This document shows positions 1-10,700 of a stretch of DNA of 64,000 nt, piece by piece. Location of the stretch: IMG/VR virus record IMGVR_UViG_3300047157_000229, positions 38,796-102,795 of that record. One strand, given 5' to 3'. The position numbers were made by a program, and so were the translations under genes. Within the stretch, counting starts at the first letter, position 1. Each line of letters opens with the position of its first letter. This DNA comes from a virus. The notes beneath the pieces are model-generated. The model ran no database searches. It had not been told where the DNA came from and saw only the letters and a list, made by a program, of their open reading frames with translations.

Positions 1-1093
1 CCGCACTGTTGCACATGAGGCTCAAGTAGCTCTTGCTGATTTCATCGGACCAGTTTTGGCCGAGGTTCTCAACAACGCTCCTACTATTAGCACTCTCTTC
101 CAGTCGCTTCAATTTGACGCTGACGACAATCCTAGCATTCCACTTGATCTTTACTATGACATCTCTGATGAAGATTATGTTAAAGTATGGAGCCAAAGCC
201 ATGCTGGTGGACTTCCAAGTAACCAAGTGCTTCCTACAGCTTCCGAGCTGAAGCTTGCTACTTACACTCTTGATTCCGCTGTTGACTTTGATCGTCGTTA
301 TGCTGCTAAAAGCCGTATGGATGTTGTTGGTAAGACTTTCTCCCGTGTCGCACAGGAGATTCTTCTTAAGCAGGAGCGCACTTCCGCTTCCTTAGTCATG
401 ACTTCGCTTGCTAACGCAACCATCAATACATCTCCACTCGCTGGCGATGCTCAGGTTTTCCGTTCTGCTCTTGCTGGCTCATTCCTTATTGATGACCTCA
501 ATAAGCTTATGACTCTTGCTAAGCGTATCAATACTTCATGGATTGGTGGAACTCCTACCACTCGCACTCGCGGTATTACTGACCTTATTGTTTCTCCAGA
601 AGTTGTTGGCAGTATTCGTGCTATGGCATATAATCCTGTTAACACTCGCGGCGGTGACGGTGCAGGTGCAGCTGGTGACGCTTCTACAGCTAACCCAATT
701 GCAGCTCCAGAGTCACTTCGTGAAGATCTTTTCCGCAACGCTGGACTTGATAGCTTCATGGGTCTTAACATTCTTGAGTTTAACGAGATGGGTAAAGGGC
801 AGAAGTTCAATACTATCTTTGATACTGCAGCAGGAACAACAAACTACTCCAAGTTTGATGGGACTGGCACAGCGCAATTCAACGGCGCTACTACCGAGAT
901 TGTTGTCGGGGTTGATCGCACTCGCGATTCCCTCATGCGTGTTGTTGCTACTGATCCAGATAGCAATAGCGAGATGAACTTGATTGCAGATGACCAATAC
1001 AGTGTTCGCCAGAACAAGATTGGTTACTACGGTCAAATCGAAGAAGGTCGTGTTGTCCTTGACAACCGTGTCCTCCTTGGATGTATCGTCTAA
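1..1093 (+). CDS. Major capsid protein (5'-truncated; ORF is open from the window start)
   Basis: Frame is open upstream of 56 (RTVAHEAQVALADFIGPVLAEVL). Over 360 aa, strongly biased codons, followed by a strong terminator and lying upstream of neck/tail genes. Fold inferred from context. Confidence 0.75.
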   Translation, partial: RTVAHEAQVALADFIGPVLAEVLNNAPTISTLFQSLQFDADDNPSIPLDLYYDISDEDYVKVWSQSHAGGLPSNQVLPTASELKLATYTLDSAVDFDRRYAAKSRMDVVGKTFSRVAQEILLKQERTSASLVMTSLANATINTSPLAGDAQVFRSALAGSFLIDDLNKLMTLAKRINTSWIGGTPTTRTRGITDLIVSPEVVGSIRAMAYNPVNTRGGDGAGAAGDASTANPIAAPESLREDLFRNAGLDSFMGLNILEFNEMGKGQKFNTIFDTAAGTTNYSKFDGTGTAQFNGATTEIVVGVDRTRDSLMRVVATDPDSNSEMNLIADDQYSVRQNKIGYYGQIEEGRVVLDNRVLLGCIV

Positions 1094-1117
1094 GCTAGAC
1101 TTAACACTTATAAAGAG

Positions 1118-1146
1118 AGCCACTCCTTCGGGGGTGGCTTTTTTTT
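1118..1146 (+). terminator. Rho-independent terminator after capsid gene
   Basis: AGCCACTCC-TTCG-GGGGTGGCT stem-loop followed by a T-run. Confidence 0.9.
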
Positions 1147-1178
1147 GTAATTTTTTTATTTAGTGTATATAATACTGT

Positions 1179-1628
1179 ATGGCTGAAGAAGAAAACAAAC
1201 AAGAGAATGGAATGCCTTTCAATGAGGTCACTACTGGGCAAGAGATCCCCCCTAAAAAGGGTTTGTTGGAAGAGTTAGAGGAGCTTAGGGAAAGTGGTCA
1301 GACTAGCACAGCTAGATATCAAGAAGTGATGAAAGAGGTAGAAGTTATCTTCGGGACAGGGGAAACTAATAGATTCGGAACTAATGATATTAATATTCTT
1401 AAGGAGAAGCTAAACAAAATGAGCAAAGCTGACCTCCAAGCTTTCTCTAGGAAGGTGGGAGTTAATCCATACTATGAAAAAAGCGCTGTCCATGATAATA
1501 TTATTAAGGAGTTTAATAGATATAATAGCAGAGGGAATATCGCTACTGCACCCCAGCCAGTTCCAGCTGTGGAACTAGACCCTAATAATCCTAAACATAA
1601 AGAAGTTCTTGATTGGTTAAATCAATAA
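1179..1628 (+). CDS. Hypothetical protein (head module)
   Basis: 149-aa ORF; small helical motif LKEKLNKMSKADLQAFSRKVGV. Confidence 0.7.
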   Translation: MAEEENKQENGMPFNEVTTGQEIPPKKGLLEELEELRESGQTSTARYQEVMKEVEVIFGTGETNRFGTNDINILKEKLNKMSKADLQAFSRKVGVNPYYEKSAVHDNIIKEFNRYNSRGNIATAPQPVPAVELDPNNPKHKEVLDWLNQ

Positions 1629-1647
1629 AGATGGTGTAATACACTAT

Positions 1648-2133
1648 ATGCCGAATGTATTAGAAGACCTCGCTTCAGGGATTGTCACCACGGAATTCGA
1701 TGGTGATACAGGGATAGCTACAGTCGCTAGTGTTAGCGGGTGGCTTTATGAGAATTTAGGACAAGTCAATACTTACCTCTATACAAACTTTAGCGGAGAT
1801 AACGCTCAGGGGACTTATGGTCTGATGGATATTGAGGCTCAAAATGTCCTAAAAGAACTATACCTTTCTAATTACTACAATAAAGAGGCTAGGAACGCCC
1901 TCAGAGGCATTACTAGGTCGTCTGTGAGTGGAGACAACGTTTTGTCCCTAAGAGACGGTGACAGCGCTGTGACGTTCATTAATCGTAATGAGGTATCTAA
2001 AGTCTATCGAGGGTTAGCCAATGACTGTATGGACAAGGTAACTAAGATGGCAGCTCAATATAACATCTACCAAGCCCAACCTAGACAGTTGGGTGGTATA
2101 GATGCTAGTGGGATAGGTATCGTTTATACCTAA
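1648..2133 (+). CDS. Putative head-tail adaptor/completion protein
   Basis: 161-aa ORF; size and position after the capsid gene. Confidence 0.45.
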   Translation: MPNVLEDLASGIVTTEFDGDTGIATVASVSGWLYENLGQVNTYLYTNFSGDNAQGTYGLMDIEAQNVLKELYLSNYYNKEARNALRGITRSSVSGDNVLSLRDGDSAVTFINRNEVSKVYRGLANDCMDKVTKMAAQYNIYQAQPRQLGGIDASGIGIVYT

Positions 2134-2134
2134 A

Positions 2135-2344
2135 TTACTTACCTTGTAAAAGAGCTTTATTCTTAAGGTATTCAGCGCGAAGAGCGTCATCCTTTTCAGG
2201 GTTAGCTTTACGGGCTGCTACAAACTCCTTTTTTAGCTCGCCAAGAGTTTTAGCTGTAGGCTTAGGAGCTTCTACTTTTTTAGGAGCTTCTACTTTTTTC
2301 TCTACAGCCTTTTTGGGGGCCACTTTCTTTTTTGAATCACTCAT
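2135..2344 (-). CDS. Small Lys-rich hypothetical protein
   Basis: MSDSKKKVAPKKAVEKKVEAPKKVEAPK; contains an 18-bp tandem duplication; start probably at the second Met. Confidence 0.65.
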   Translation of the reverse strand: MSDSKKKVAPKKAVEKKVEAPKKVEAPKPTAKTLGELKKEFVAARKANPEKDDALRAEYLKNKALLQGK

Positions 2345-2349
2345 AGCTT

Positions 2350-2514
2350 TTAGTGGAAATCTTTCCAATCTCTACCGTCATTACAGATTTTGTTTGGTCT
2401 ACGCCCCTCGTAACCGCCTGAAGATTTAGGTTCTTCTTTCTTTGGTTGCTCAGGCTTAGACTCCCCTTTCGGGGAGAAAAATGTGCTACTTTCTTTTTTA
2501 TCTTGATCAGACAT
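2350..2514 (-). CDS. Small charged hypothetical protein
   Basis: MSDQDKKESS..., begins immediately after the stop of the tail tube gene. Confidence 0.55.
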   Translation of the reverse strand: MSDQDKKESSTFFSPKGESKPEQPKKEEPKSSGGYEGRRPNKICNDGRDWKDFH

Positions 2515-2515
2515 A

Positions 2516-3670
2516 TTAGATAAAGACTGGGTTAACTCCAACACCGCTCATAAATACGCCATTAAGCTGGTCTTCGGGTCCACCTATTTGAGTAGAAAAT
2601 GTAATATCTACGGTTTTATTCGATCCAATGCTAGAAGAGAAAGACTGGCTATCGACTTTCAAGCCTTTAAGAGTATACTTAATAGCTTCTTTGCTTTCGG
2701 AATCTTTAACTGAAACGCTTGCTTCTTGGACTCCAGAACCTAGTAAATTTGACAAGTTTGCTACTTGAGCTTCAGCTACTATAGCGCTTATGTTAAGTGT
2801 TGCATTGACGGGGAAATCGACTTCTCTTGCAAATGGGAATCGGCTACCAAGTCTATCGATAGGAGTTCTTGAAAGAGGCAGTGAAATAGAAGCGCTTTGA
2901 ATATGCGCTCCATCACTACCATCTAGTTTCACTAGAGATACTCCATCTATAGCTGTCAGGTCAAGTGTTACATCTCCTGGACGCAATGCTGTAATAGCAG
3001 TGTCACCAGCTGATCCAGTAATTCCTCCGTCATCAGTTGGGTTAGGTAGAGTAATCGTACTAGCTGTATATATAGTGCCAGCTTCTTGATCTATCGCTGG
3101 ATTTTGAAATTCAGGGCCACCCGTGACAGAGTTCATGTTAGCTCCTTCGACTGTTACGTTGACAGTAGGTAGAGAACCTACAGATAGATCTACACTATAA
3201 TCGCTAAGGTAGCAATTTCCTATGCCAATAATAGTATCGGCATTATCGACGGCTGCACCTGCACCCGCCTGATTTAAATCAACGCCGTTAGGAGAAGTTA
3301 CAATAAAAAAGTTCGTTCCAGAATTAGCGACTAACTGACCAGAAGCGAAATTACCTTTTCCATATGCAGGTGTCTTTATTTCACGTTGAGTATTTGCCCC
3401 GCTGTTTTCAACGAAGAAACCTAAAGATCTTTCGTTGAAACCATCTGTAAGGTAGTAGCTAAAGTCTAGAGATACGGTAGGTGGATCAAGAACCAAGGAA
3501 TCAATCCTAGCTAAGTCTCCAAATTGGTTAACGTCTTGACGATTAATCGTAAAACTATAGTTAGCGCTTTGAACGCGATTCAACTGTTCGTGAGATACTG
3601 CAGATCCCGAAGCGGATGAAATGCTCGTGAATAAGCCTTCTGATTGGTAAATTACTCTGTTTCTTGACAT
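2516..3670 (-). CDS. Major tail (tube) protein
   Basis: 384 aa, beta-rich; LNRVQSANYSFTINRQDVNQFG and a second similar half (HIQSASISLPLSRTPIDRLG); located in the neck/tail module. Confidence 0.7.
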   Translation of the reverse strand: MSRNRVIYQSEGLFTSISSASGSAVSHEQLNRVQSANYSFTINRQDVNQFGDLARIDSLVLDPPTVSLDFSYYLTDGFNERSLGFFVENSGANTQREIKTPAYGKGNFASGQLVANSGTNFFIVTSPNGVDLNQAGAGAAVDNADTIIGIGNCYLSDYSVDLSVGSLPTVNVTVEGANMNSVTGGPEFQNPAIDQEAGTIYTASTITLPNPTDDGGITGSAGDTAITALRPGDVTLDLTAIDGVSLVKLDGSDGAHIQSASISLPLSRTPIDRLGSRFPFAREVDFPVNATLNISAIVAEAQVANLSNLLGSGVQEASVSVKDSESKEAIKYTLKGLKVDSQSFSSSIGSNKTVDITFSTQIGGPEDQLNGVFMSGVGVNPVFI

Positions 3671-3720
3671 AATTAAAGATTCTTTATTTTGTTTACAGTT
3701 TTAATATTAAAATATGAAAT

Positions 3721-4572
3721 TTATTGGAAGCGATATCTATATTGTTCTATGTCGAAATCCACAAATCCGACATAAAGTTCATTTGCAAGAACATTTCTAG
3801 TCCTATCTGTTAGTTTTGAGGTCTTTACTTTCTCTATGCAGAACTTAGTTTCCCCTTTATAGGATTCAGCTAAACTCGTATAATTAAAGTCTCCTTCTTT
3901 TAAATCTCCAAATTCTGTGATTGGGTAACCTGACATTGGTATAGCTGCAATCACTTCATCTACAGAATCCATAAAGATAGACATAACTCCATCTAATTGG
4001 TATGTGTCCTCTGCGAGAATAACAGCTTTTGCTTGGACTTTTGTTTCTTGCATACCACCCAAAGCAAATGGGCATTTTCCGCTTGAGAAACAGACAGGAA
4101 AATAGCAGGAACTACATCATCATAAGGCTCAATATAAGTCAGAGGGCCAGATGGCAGTCTTGAATTAACAACATATTTGTTTTCTACTATTAAGTCATCT
4201 TCAGTATCATTAGTAAGATAAACATTAAAATCTTTTACCGCGAACTCTCCTGTGACTAGTCATGCTTGTATTATCTCCCGAAAACAAAGCTCTGCCATTT
4301 TCAAAATCAAAAACTACCCCGTCATCTCGACCTGATGTGCCAGCCCCTACCACTGAAACCCCTGTAGGTATAACAGCTCCAGCTATTGATGAATCTGTCA
4401 CCCATTGTTTATATGGGCTTCCATAAGCTACATATCTAGAATCTAATCTTGGATCAGCATAGTTAAATAGCTCTCCAGTCTTATTGCTATAAGCTTCACC
4501 TTTCTTTAGTAAGAAATTATCGAACCACAAAAAGAAAGATGAGGTTAGTTTATGTTGGAATTGTTCAATCAT
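3721..4572 (-). CDS. Putative tail completion/neck protein, broken by indels near 4065-4260
   Basis: ORFs 4225..4572 and 3721..4062 are linked by coding-like sequence in shifting frames. Confidence 0.55.
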
Positions 4573-5153
4573 TTCAAGTTTTCAAATCGTTTTCGGTATC
4601 TTTTTATCAAAGAAGATATATAAGGTCTGTTCTGAAATCTACCGCTTCTTACTCTTTTTACACGACTTTGTATCGCAGCCCCCGATCTTCCCTCACTTTT
4701 CCTTAATAAATATCCTAAACCTGACAAGCCTCTTTCTATACCTTCGGCCCAACTTCTTCCAGAAGCCCAAGGTAAAGGTGTGACCATGAATATATCTTCT
4801 GCTGTAGGCAAGGACACTTCAAATTCAACTCCTATACCCCTCTGTTTTATTTCTTGTTTATAAATTATTTGAGTTCCCTCTAACATGTTTAATATTGGAG
4901 ATATTGGTTGCTCTCCTGAATTAAAACCTATAAATGCAAATAAATTACTAATACCACCAAGAGTACCACTAATGTTTGATGCTCCAGCTCCTTCTAGCAG
5001 CTCTATAGTAACGGGGTCAGTCAAGAACTCTTTGATCATTTCATTTTTTAGATCTTTGAATTTCTTGTTTATCTCCTTTTCAAAGTCTCTTCTTAGAGCT
5101 TTTGGAGCTTGCCTTTTTAAAGCATTCTGGACATCTATAGGTAGTTTCGCCAT
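4569..5153 (-). CDS. Putative neck protein
   Basis: 194 aa, basic C-terminus; sits between the head-closure and tail-completion-like genes; 4-nt overlap. Confidence 0.5.
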   Translation of the reverse strand: MAKLPIDVQNALKRQAPKALRRDFEKEINKKFKDLKNEMIKEFLTDPVTIELLEGAGASNISGTLGGISNLFAFIGFNSGEQPISPILNMLEGTQIIYKQEIKQRGIGVEFEVSLPTAEDIFMVTPLPWASGRSWAEGIERGLSGLGYLLRKSEGRSGAAIQSRVKRVRSGRFQNRPYISSLIKRYRKRFENLK

Positions 5154-5621
5154 TTATTCAGTTGGGCTTAGAACGAAGGTGTAGAACTGATTAGAGGTGA
5201 AACCTCTAGGCTTACCATCGCTTTCTATTATAAACATTGTTCCATCAAACTCAACTCTACGAGCTTCGCTAAGATAGTTGTAACCATCTACTTTAACTAC
5301 TATTCTTACTGTGCCATCAGACACTACCACTTTGTTTTGAGTACCAGCTTGATCTGCTGGACCATCATCTGTCAAATACGATGTATCCATGTCATCATAA
5401 TAGATACGAGCTTGAAACGTTTGAGATTCGGTAGAATATTCTACTGAGCTATCAGAGCCAGTATTAGTTCTTCCATACAAAGAGTTCCAAGAGCTATTAG
5501 AAGCTATGAGGGTTTTCTTAGCATTCTTGTAAACTGTTATAGTCCTCGCAAATGTAGTATGTAAAGTATCAGCTAAGTTCTGAACTTTTGTTATTTGGTC
5601 GCTTGATAAAAAACCTGCCAT
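5154..5621 (-). CDS. Putative head-closure (stopper) protein
   Basis: 155 aa, beta-rich (FQARIYY, VRIVVK, RVEFDG...FYTFVL); position. Confidence 0.5.
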   Translation of the reverse strand: MAGFLSSDQITKVQNLADTLHTTFARTITVYKNAKKTLIASNSSWNSLYGRTNTGSDSSVEYSTESQTFQARIYYDDMDTSYLTDDGPADQAGTQNKVVVSDGTVRIVVKVDGYNYLSEARRVEFDGTMFIIESDGKPRGFTSNQFYTFVLSPTE

Positions 5622-5622
5622 G

Positions 5623-5650
5623 TTGATTTTTACACTATTATTTATATAAT
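5623..5650 (+). promoter_or_regulatory. sigma70-like promoter overlapping a divergent AGTGTAA motif
   Basis: TTGATT-16-TATAAT upstream of ATG 5666; TTACACT at 5630-5636 is AGTGTAA on the minus strand. Confidence 0.5.
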
Positions 5651-5665
5651 AAGATAGGTTTAAGG

Positions 5666-5953
5666 ATGAACGCTAAAAAAAATTTAGAAAAGTTGTCTAA
5701 TGATGAGATTTCTAGGCTTTTCAAAATGATGCTTATCATGGTCGAAGATATGAAGAAAGATCACGATTTTCATTATGAGAAGCTTTATAAAAATATCCCA
5801 AAGAAGTATCACCCAATTATAGATACCGCAGATCACTTTACCCCTGATAAGGCGGATTGGATTCGAAAAAGAATTTTAGATTGCGGCAATGAATCTATTA
5901 GAAATTTGTGTTCTAGAATTGATAATTATCAGGTAAGTTTTACATTTAAATAA
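5666..5953 (+). CDS. Hypothetical protein
   Basis: 95-aa helical ORF with an upstream promoter. Confidence 0.7.
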   Translation: MNAKKNLEKLSNDEISRLFKMMLIMVEDMKKDHDFHYEKLYKNIPKKYHPIIDTADHFTPDKADWIRKRILDCGNESIRNLCSRIDNYQVSFTFK

Positions 5954-5964
5954 GGAAAAAGGTT

Positions 5965-6720
5965 ATGGCATTTAAAGAATTGTATTCGTTCACTATCGAA
6001 GAAGAAAAAGAAGTAGAAAAAACTTCTAAAAGAAAAAACAAGAAAACTGGAGAGGAGACTACTGTCACTAAGAAAGTGAAGCAGAAAGTCCCGATCCAAA
6101 TCTCGATTAAACGTCCTTCTCGTAGAGAGCTAGAAGAGGCTGAGCTAGAATACTCTGTAGAAATGAGCCGTTGTGTCAAAAAAGGTATTTTGACTAAGGC
6201 TATGCTATATAAGAAATATAGTGATACTGGTGGTGTCTGGACTGAAGATGAGGCTAAAGATTATGGGGTTTTGTATAAAGAGACTTTTGAAATACAAAAT
6301 AAGTATGTCAGACTAGAGACTATCGAAAAAAAGACTGATGCTCAACTAAAAGAGTTGGACCAGTTGAAGACTGACCTCGCAGAGATTCGACGGAAACTTG
6401 TAGACGCTGAGACTTCTATGGAGAGCTTGTTCAACCATACCGCTGACAATAAAGCTCAAAATAGATTGCTTCTTTGGTACACCCTAATGCTCACAAACAT
6501 CAAAGCTGATGCTGATGGCGAATTCTCTCCTTACTTCAAAGGTGATGATTTTGATGAAAAAATTGAGGATTACTACAAGAAAGAGGACGAGGCTTCCGCA
6601 TTTTACTCAGACGTTGTAAAGAAAGTCACCACTGTCTTAGCTTTCTGGTTCTTTAACCAAGCATCTTCTCCTGACGAATTTAATAAACTTATTGAAGATG
6701 TCGAAAAAGGTGAGGTTTGA
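5965..6720 (+). CDS. Putative tail assembly chaperone
   Basis: 251 aa, charged/coiled-coil; two genes upstream of the TMP. Confidence 0.5.
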   Translation: MAFKELYSFTIEEEKEVEKTSKRKNKKTGEETTVTKKVKQKVPIQISIKRPSRRELEEAELEYSVEMSRCVKKGILTKAMLYKKYSDTGGVWTEDEAKDYGVLYKETFEIQNKYVRLETIEKKTDAQLKELDQLKTDLAEIRRKLVDAETSMESLFNHTADNKAQNRLLLWYTLMLTNIKADADGEFSPYFKGDDFDEKIEDYYKKEDEASAFYSDVVKKVTTVLAFWFFNQASSPDEFNKLIEDVEKGEV

Positions 6721-7691
6721 AGGATGAATTCTATATCTCTTTAATAGGGGAAGCTTTTGATGGCTACACAGAGGCATCTTTAGGTGATGATATTGTTTAC
6801 ATTAAACACGTAAATATTAGAGATCAAAGGTATCTACACAAGTATTTTGAAAAATATAAAGATTTAGCTCTCAAGAGGGGTCTTGAGACAGAGGCTGAGA
6901 GAATAAAATACGTCTTGAAAGAGAAGCTTTGGGAAGAAAAAGACGATATGAAAATCGCTTCTCTAGAAGGCGAGATCACAAATCTAAAAAAAACTGTAAA
7001 CCAACTATTGTTAGCCTCTCAAAGAGAAGAGTATAATAAGTTGATATTACAAAGAGCTGAAGAATTATACGAATTAAAGAAAAGCCGTTCTGAAGTCGTT
7101 GGTAAAACTGCGGAAGATTATGGAACTGGGAGAAGTTCAGATGAATTATTAAGATTCTTATTGTTTAAAGATAAAGACCTAAAAGAGAATCTCTATACAG
7201 AAGAAGAATTTGCGGAATTAGAAGGTTGGGAAATAAAACAATTAACTGACTTACATCTAGATATACAATCTAGATTAGCTGATGACAAGATACAGAAGGC
7301 TGTTCTGAGGCCATTCTTTAGTATGTATCTATCTCTTTGTGAAGATGCTTACGGATTCTACCAGAAACCTGTAACAGAATTAACTATATATCAACTACGA
7401 GTAGTATTGTTTGGCAGGATGTTCTTTAACATCTTCCAACACACAGAAGATATACCTGATAATATCCGAGATGATCCTGAAAAATTACTAGCATACTCCC
7501 AGAGTAAATCTAGCGGTAACACAGGTGGAATTAGAGATGACGCTGATAGCTCTGTTGTCTTCGGGGCTACTAATCAAGATGTCAAAGAACTTGGTGGAGA
7601 GAAAGCTGTTTCTCTTTCTGAGGAAGCTAAAAAACATGGTGGTCAACTAGATATGACACAAATGATGCGATTAGCTGGGCATGATGTGTAA
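6717..7691 (+). CDS. Putative tail assembly chaperone 2
   Basis: 324 aa, TTG start overlapping the previous stop; directly upstream of the TMP. Confidence 0.5.
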   Translation: MKDEFYISLIGEAFDGYTEASLGDDIVYIKHVNIRDQRYLHKYFEKYKDLALKRGLETEAERIKYVLKEKLWEEKDDMKIASLEGEITNLKKTVNQLLLASQREEYNKLILQRAEELYELKKSRSEVVGKTAEDYGTGRSSDELLRFLLFKDKDLKENLYTEEEFAELEGWEIKQLTDLHLDIQSRLADDKIQKAVLRPFFSMYLSLCEDAYGFYQKPVTELTIYQLRVVLFGRMFFNIFQHTEDIPDNIRDDPEKLLAYSQSKSSGNTGGIRDDADSSVVFGATNQDVKELGGEKAVSLSEEAKKHGGQLDMTQMMRLAGHDV

Positions 7692-7724
7692 ATCTTTGTG
7701 TAATTACATTAAAGGTTAACGGAT

Positions 7725-10700
7725 ATGCCAGTAAGAATACCAGTAGTACAAACAGGATTAGAAGCCAGCATCGAGGCGGCAGCTAAAAAAGCAGGTAGAA
7801 ACCTCAAGATAAATATGGGCGGAAACGCCAAAAGTATCGAGGGGTTGTCTCAACCTTTAGGTCGAATTACTGGTAAGGCCGATCAGTTTACTAAATCTAT
7901 GGAAGCTGCTAATGCTCGCGTGTTAGCTTTCGGGGCTTCTGTTGGTATTCTATCTTCCGTCACTAGAGGTTTTCAAGATCTCATTAGGGTGACCATTGAT
8001 GTAGAAAAGTCTTTAACTAGTATTAATTCTATTTTAAATGTCACAGCCAAAGAACTAGATTCTTTTAAAAGCACTATCTTTAGTGTCGCTAAAAACACAG
8101 AGCAATCTTTTAGCGTAGTAGCTGAAGCTGCTTTGGAATTAAGTCGCCAAGGTTTAAAGGCTGAAGAGGTTACTAAGAGACTGAATGATGCTTTGATTCT
8201 AAGCCGTTTATCTGGTTTAGGGGCTTCTGAAGCTGTCGCAGGTTTAACAGCGGCTATAAACTCTTTTAATCAATCTGGAATTACAAGCGCTGAAGTTCTT
8301 AATAAGTTGTCAGCTGCTGCTGTTTCTGCTGCTGTTTCTGAAAGAGATCTTATTGAAGGTATTAAGCGTTCAGGATCGGTTGCTACTCAAGCTGGTGTCT
8401 CATTTGATGAATTAGTTGGTGTGATTACAGCTGTCCAAGCTAAAACTGCGCGAGGTGGAGCGGTTATCGGTAACTCCTTCAAAACGATATTCACCAGAAT
8501 ACAATCTATAGACAAGCTGCGAACTATGCAGAATTTGGGTGTAGAAGTAACAGACGCTTCTGGACAAGTTTTAGGAGCTACGAAATTAATTCAAAACTTA
8601 GCTAAATCTTTAGAAGCGGTTCCAGATGCGCGAAAATTGCAGATAGCTGAAGGTTTGGTAGGGAAATTCCAAGTTGCTCCATTCTTGGCTATACTTGACG
8701 ATTACAGTTCTAAGACCTCCAAAGCTATAGAGGTAACTAAGGTATCTCAAGGAGCTTTTTCAGAAGCTTATAATCGAAATGAAGCTCAGAACATAACTCT
8801 TTCTGCAGCTATCAATAAAACGACTGTGAGTGTTGCTCAATTAGCGGAAGCGTTAGGTAAGATTGGTGTCACTGACAACCTTAAATCTATGCTTGGTTTC
8901 TTTTCTACTGTTGTAGACGAGATACAAGAGATTTTGGACGGAGACGGTGTGGGGAGCAAATTTGCTAAAGGCATCGTCGCGGGTATAGGAAATATTATTA
9001 CTGGACCTGCATTCGCTGTATTCGCTGCTGTTATTGGTAAACTCGTAATTGATTTAGTTAGATTTGGGGCTGGATCTCTTAAGACATTTTTTGGTTTAAA
9101 TAAAGCTGCAAAAGAGCAAGCTACCCTACAAGGACAGATAGCCTCTACTCTTTTAGGTAATAAAACTATTCAAAAGAAGATCTTAGATATTGAAAATTCG
9201 CAGTTAAGCACTGCAGATAAAAGGAAAGCTCAAGTAAATTTTTTCACAACAGCTTTAAATGAGCAAGTGGGGATAATGACTAGGATGCAAGGTATTGCAG
9301 CTACAATAGCTCCTGGAGTTATGACTAATACCAGAAAGCTTAAAGGTCGCGGTGCTGGAGGATTTATTCCGAATTACAATGCTATTGTTGGTTATGGGTC
9401 AGAAAGCTCAGATATTAGTAAGGGTGTAGGAGGCGCTCCTTCTTCAGCGAGACCAGTAACTATACCCAACTTCAATTTTGGAGGTGGACAAAAAGGAACT
9501 ATGGTCGCTAACAGTAGCGAATACATAGTTCCTAATTATGCTGGAGGAGATGGGTCAGCTATCTTTAATCAAGATATGGCTGCTTCTATAGGTCTTCCTC
9601 CAAGAGCTAGGAAGATTGGTGCAGCTGGGGGTTATATACCTAACTTCGTTAATGAAGACAAAAGGCTAGTAATGTTCTCTGGAGACGAAACACCAGCTGG
9701 TAGAGGGGTAGATACAGAAAAAAAGTTTTATGTCGGCAAAACTAAAAAAAACGACACAGCGGCTTATGCAACACAATCAGCGGCTAAGGCGGCTAAGTTG
9801 AAGCCGACAAGTATTCAGCCTGTTACTGTTCCTGAATATAAGTTAGGACCAAAAGGCACGAACAAAAGCCCCTTATCTATAAAAACTATTAGGGACAAAT
9901 TATCTGCATCTTCTACATCTACAGCAATGGACTTTGCAAAAAGCTTAGCTCCAAAAAGTGGTATCCCTAATGTAAGCAGAGCCAAAATAAAAGAATTGTT
10001 TAACCCAGGAGCTTTCGAAGGCATGTCTGGAACTATTTTTGAAGTGGCTTTAAGTGGTGTTTTATCTGATGCTAAATTTGATGACTACGCGAGTAGAACT
10101 TCTACTTCTAGAATAGATTTACCTTATGATAAAAAACTTTTTGACTTGTTTGGCACTAAAGGTGCGGGGACACTGGGGGCAGAAGTTAAAGCTAATAGCA
10201 CATTAGCCAAAGCTGCTTCTATAAAGTTTTATGACGTATTATTTGGTGGAGGTGTTGCAGCTGATTATAAAAAAACAGTTCCAGTTTACGATAAAAATGG
10301 GAACCAAATAGGCACTAGAGATACCGCTTTAGGCGCTCAAGTTAGACAGAGCGAAATAGGAAATAGAATGGCTGGGATTGTAGGCTCAAACGGTAAACAA
10401 GTAGGATTTCAGGCGCTTCAAAAAATGTTGGGGGGTAGAGTGACTGTCGGGGGATTAAGAAATTTGAGAACGCAACAGGGTCTCCCTAATTTTGCTGGAG
10501 GATACCTTCCTAATTTTGCTGGTGGGTTACAAGATGCGATAGGAAGAGAAAAATCTGCTGGCTTACCGATCAATCAGATTCGCGTAAACCAAGATCCCAA
10601 ACTTAGAAACTCTGGTAACCCAATGGGGTTAGCTGTCACGAATACTAGAGACGAACCTACTGGGGCTATACCTAACTTTGCTAAGGGATCAAAGCCATCT

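Noticed and set aside
2461-2476. CTCCCC-TTTC-GGGGAG hairpin as a terminator
   Set aside because: It has no downstream U-tract on either strand and lies within a plausible small ORF.
6690-6725. Programmed -1 frameshift between the two tail chaperone genes (lambda G/GT type)
   Set aside because: The -1 frame has a TGA two codons before the TTG start and there is no XXXYYYZ slippery heptamer in register. A TTGA stop/start overlap explains the layout.
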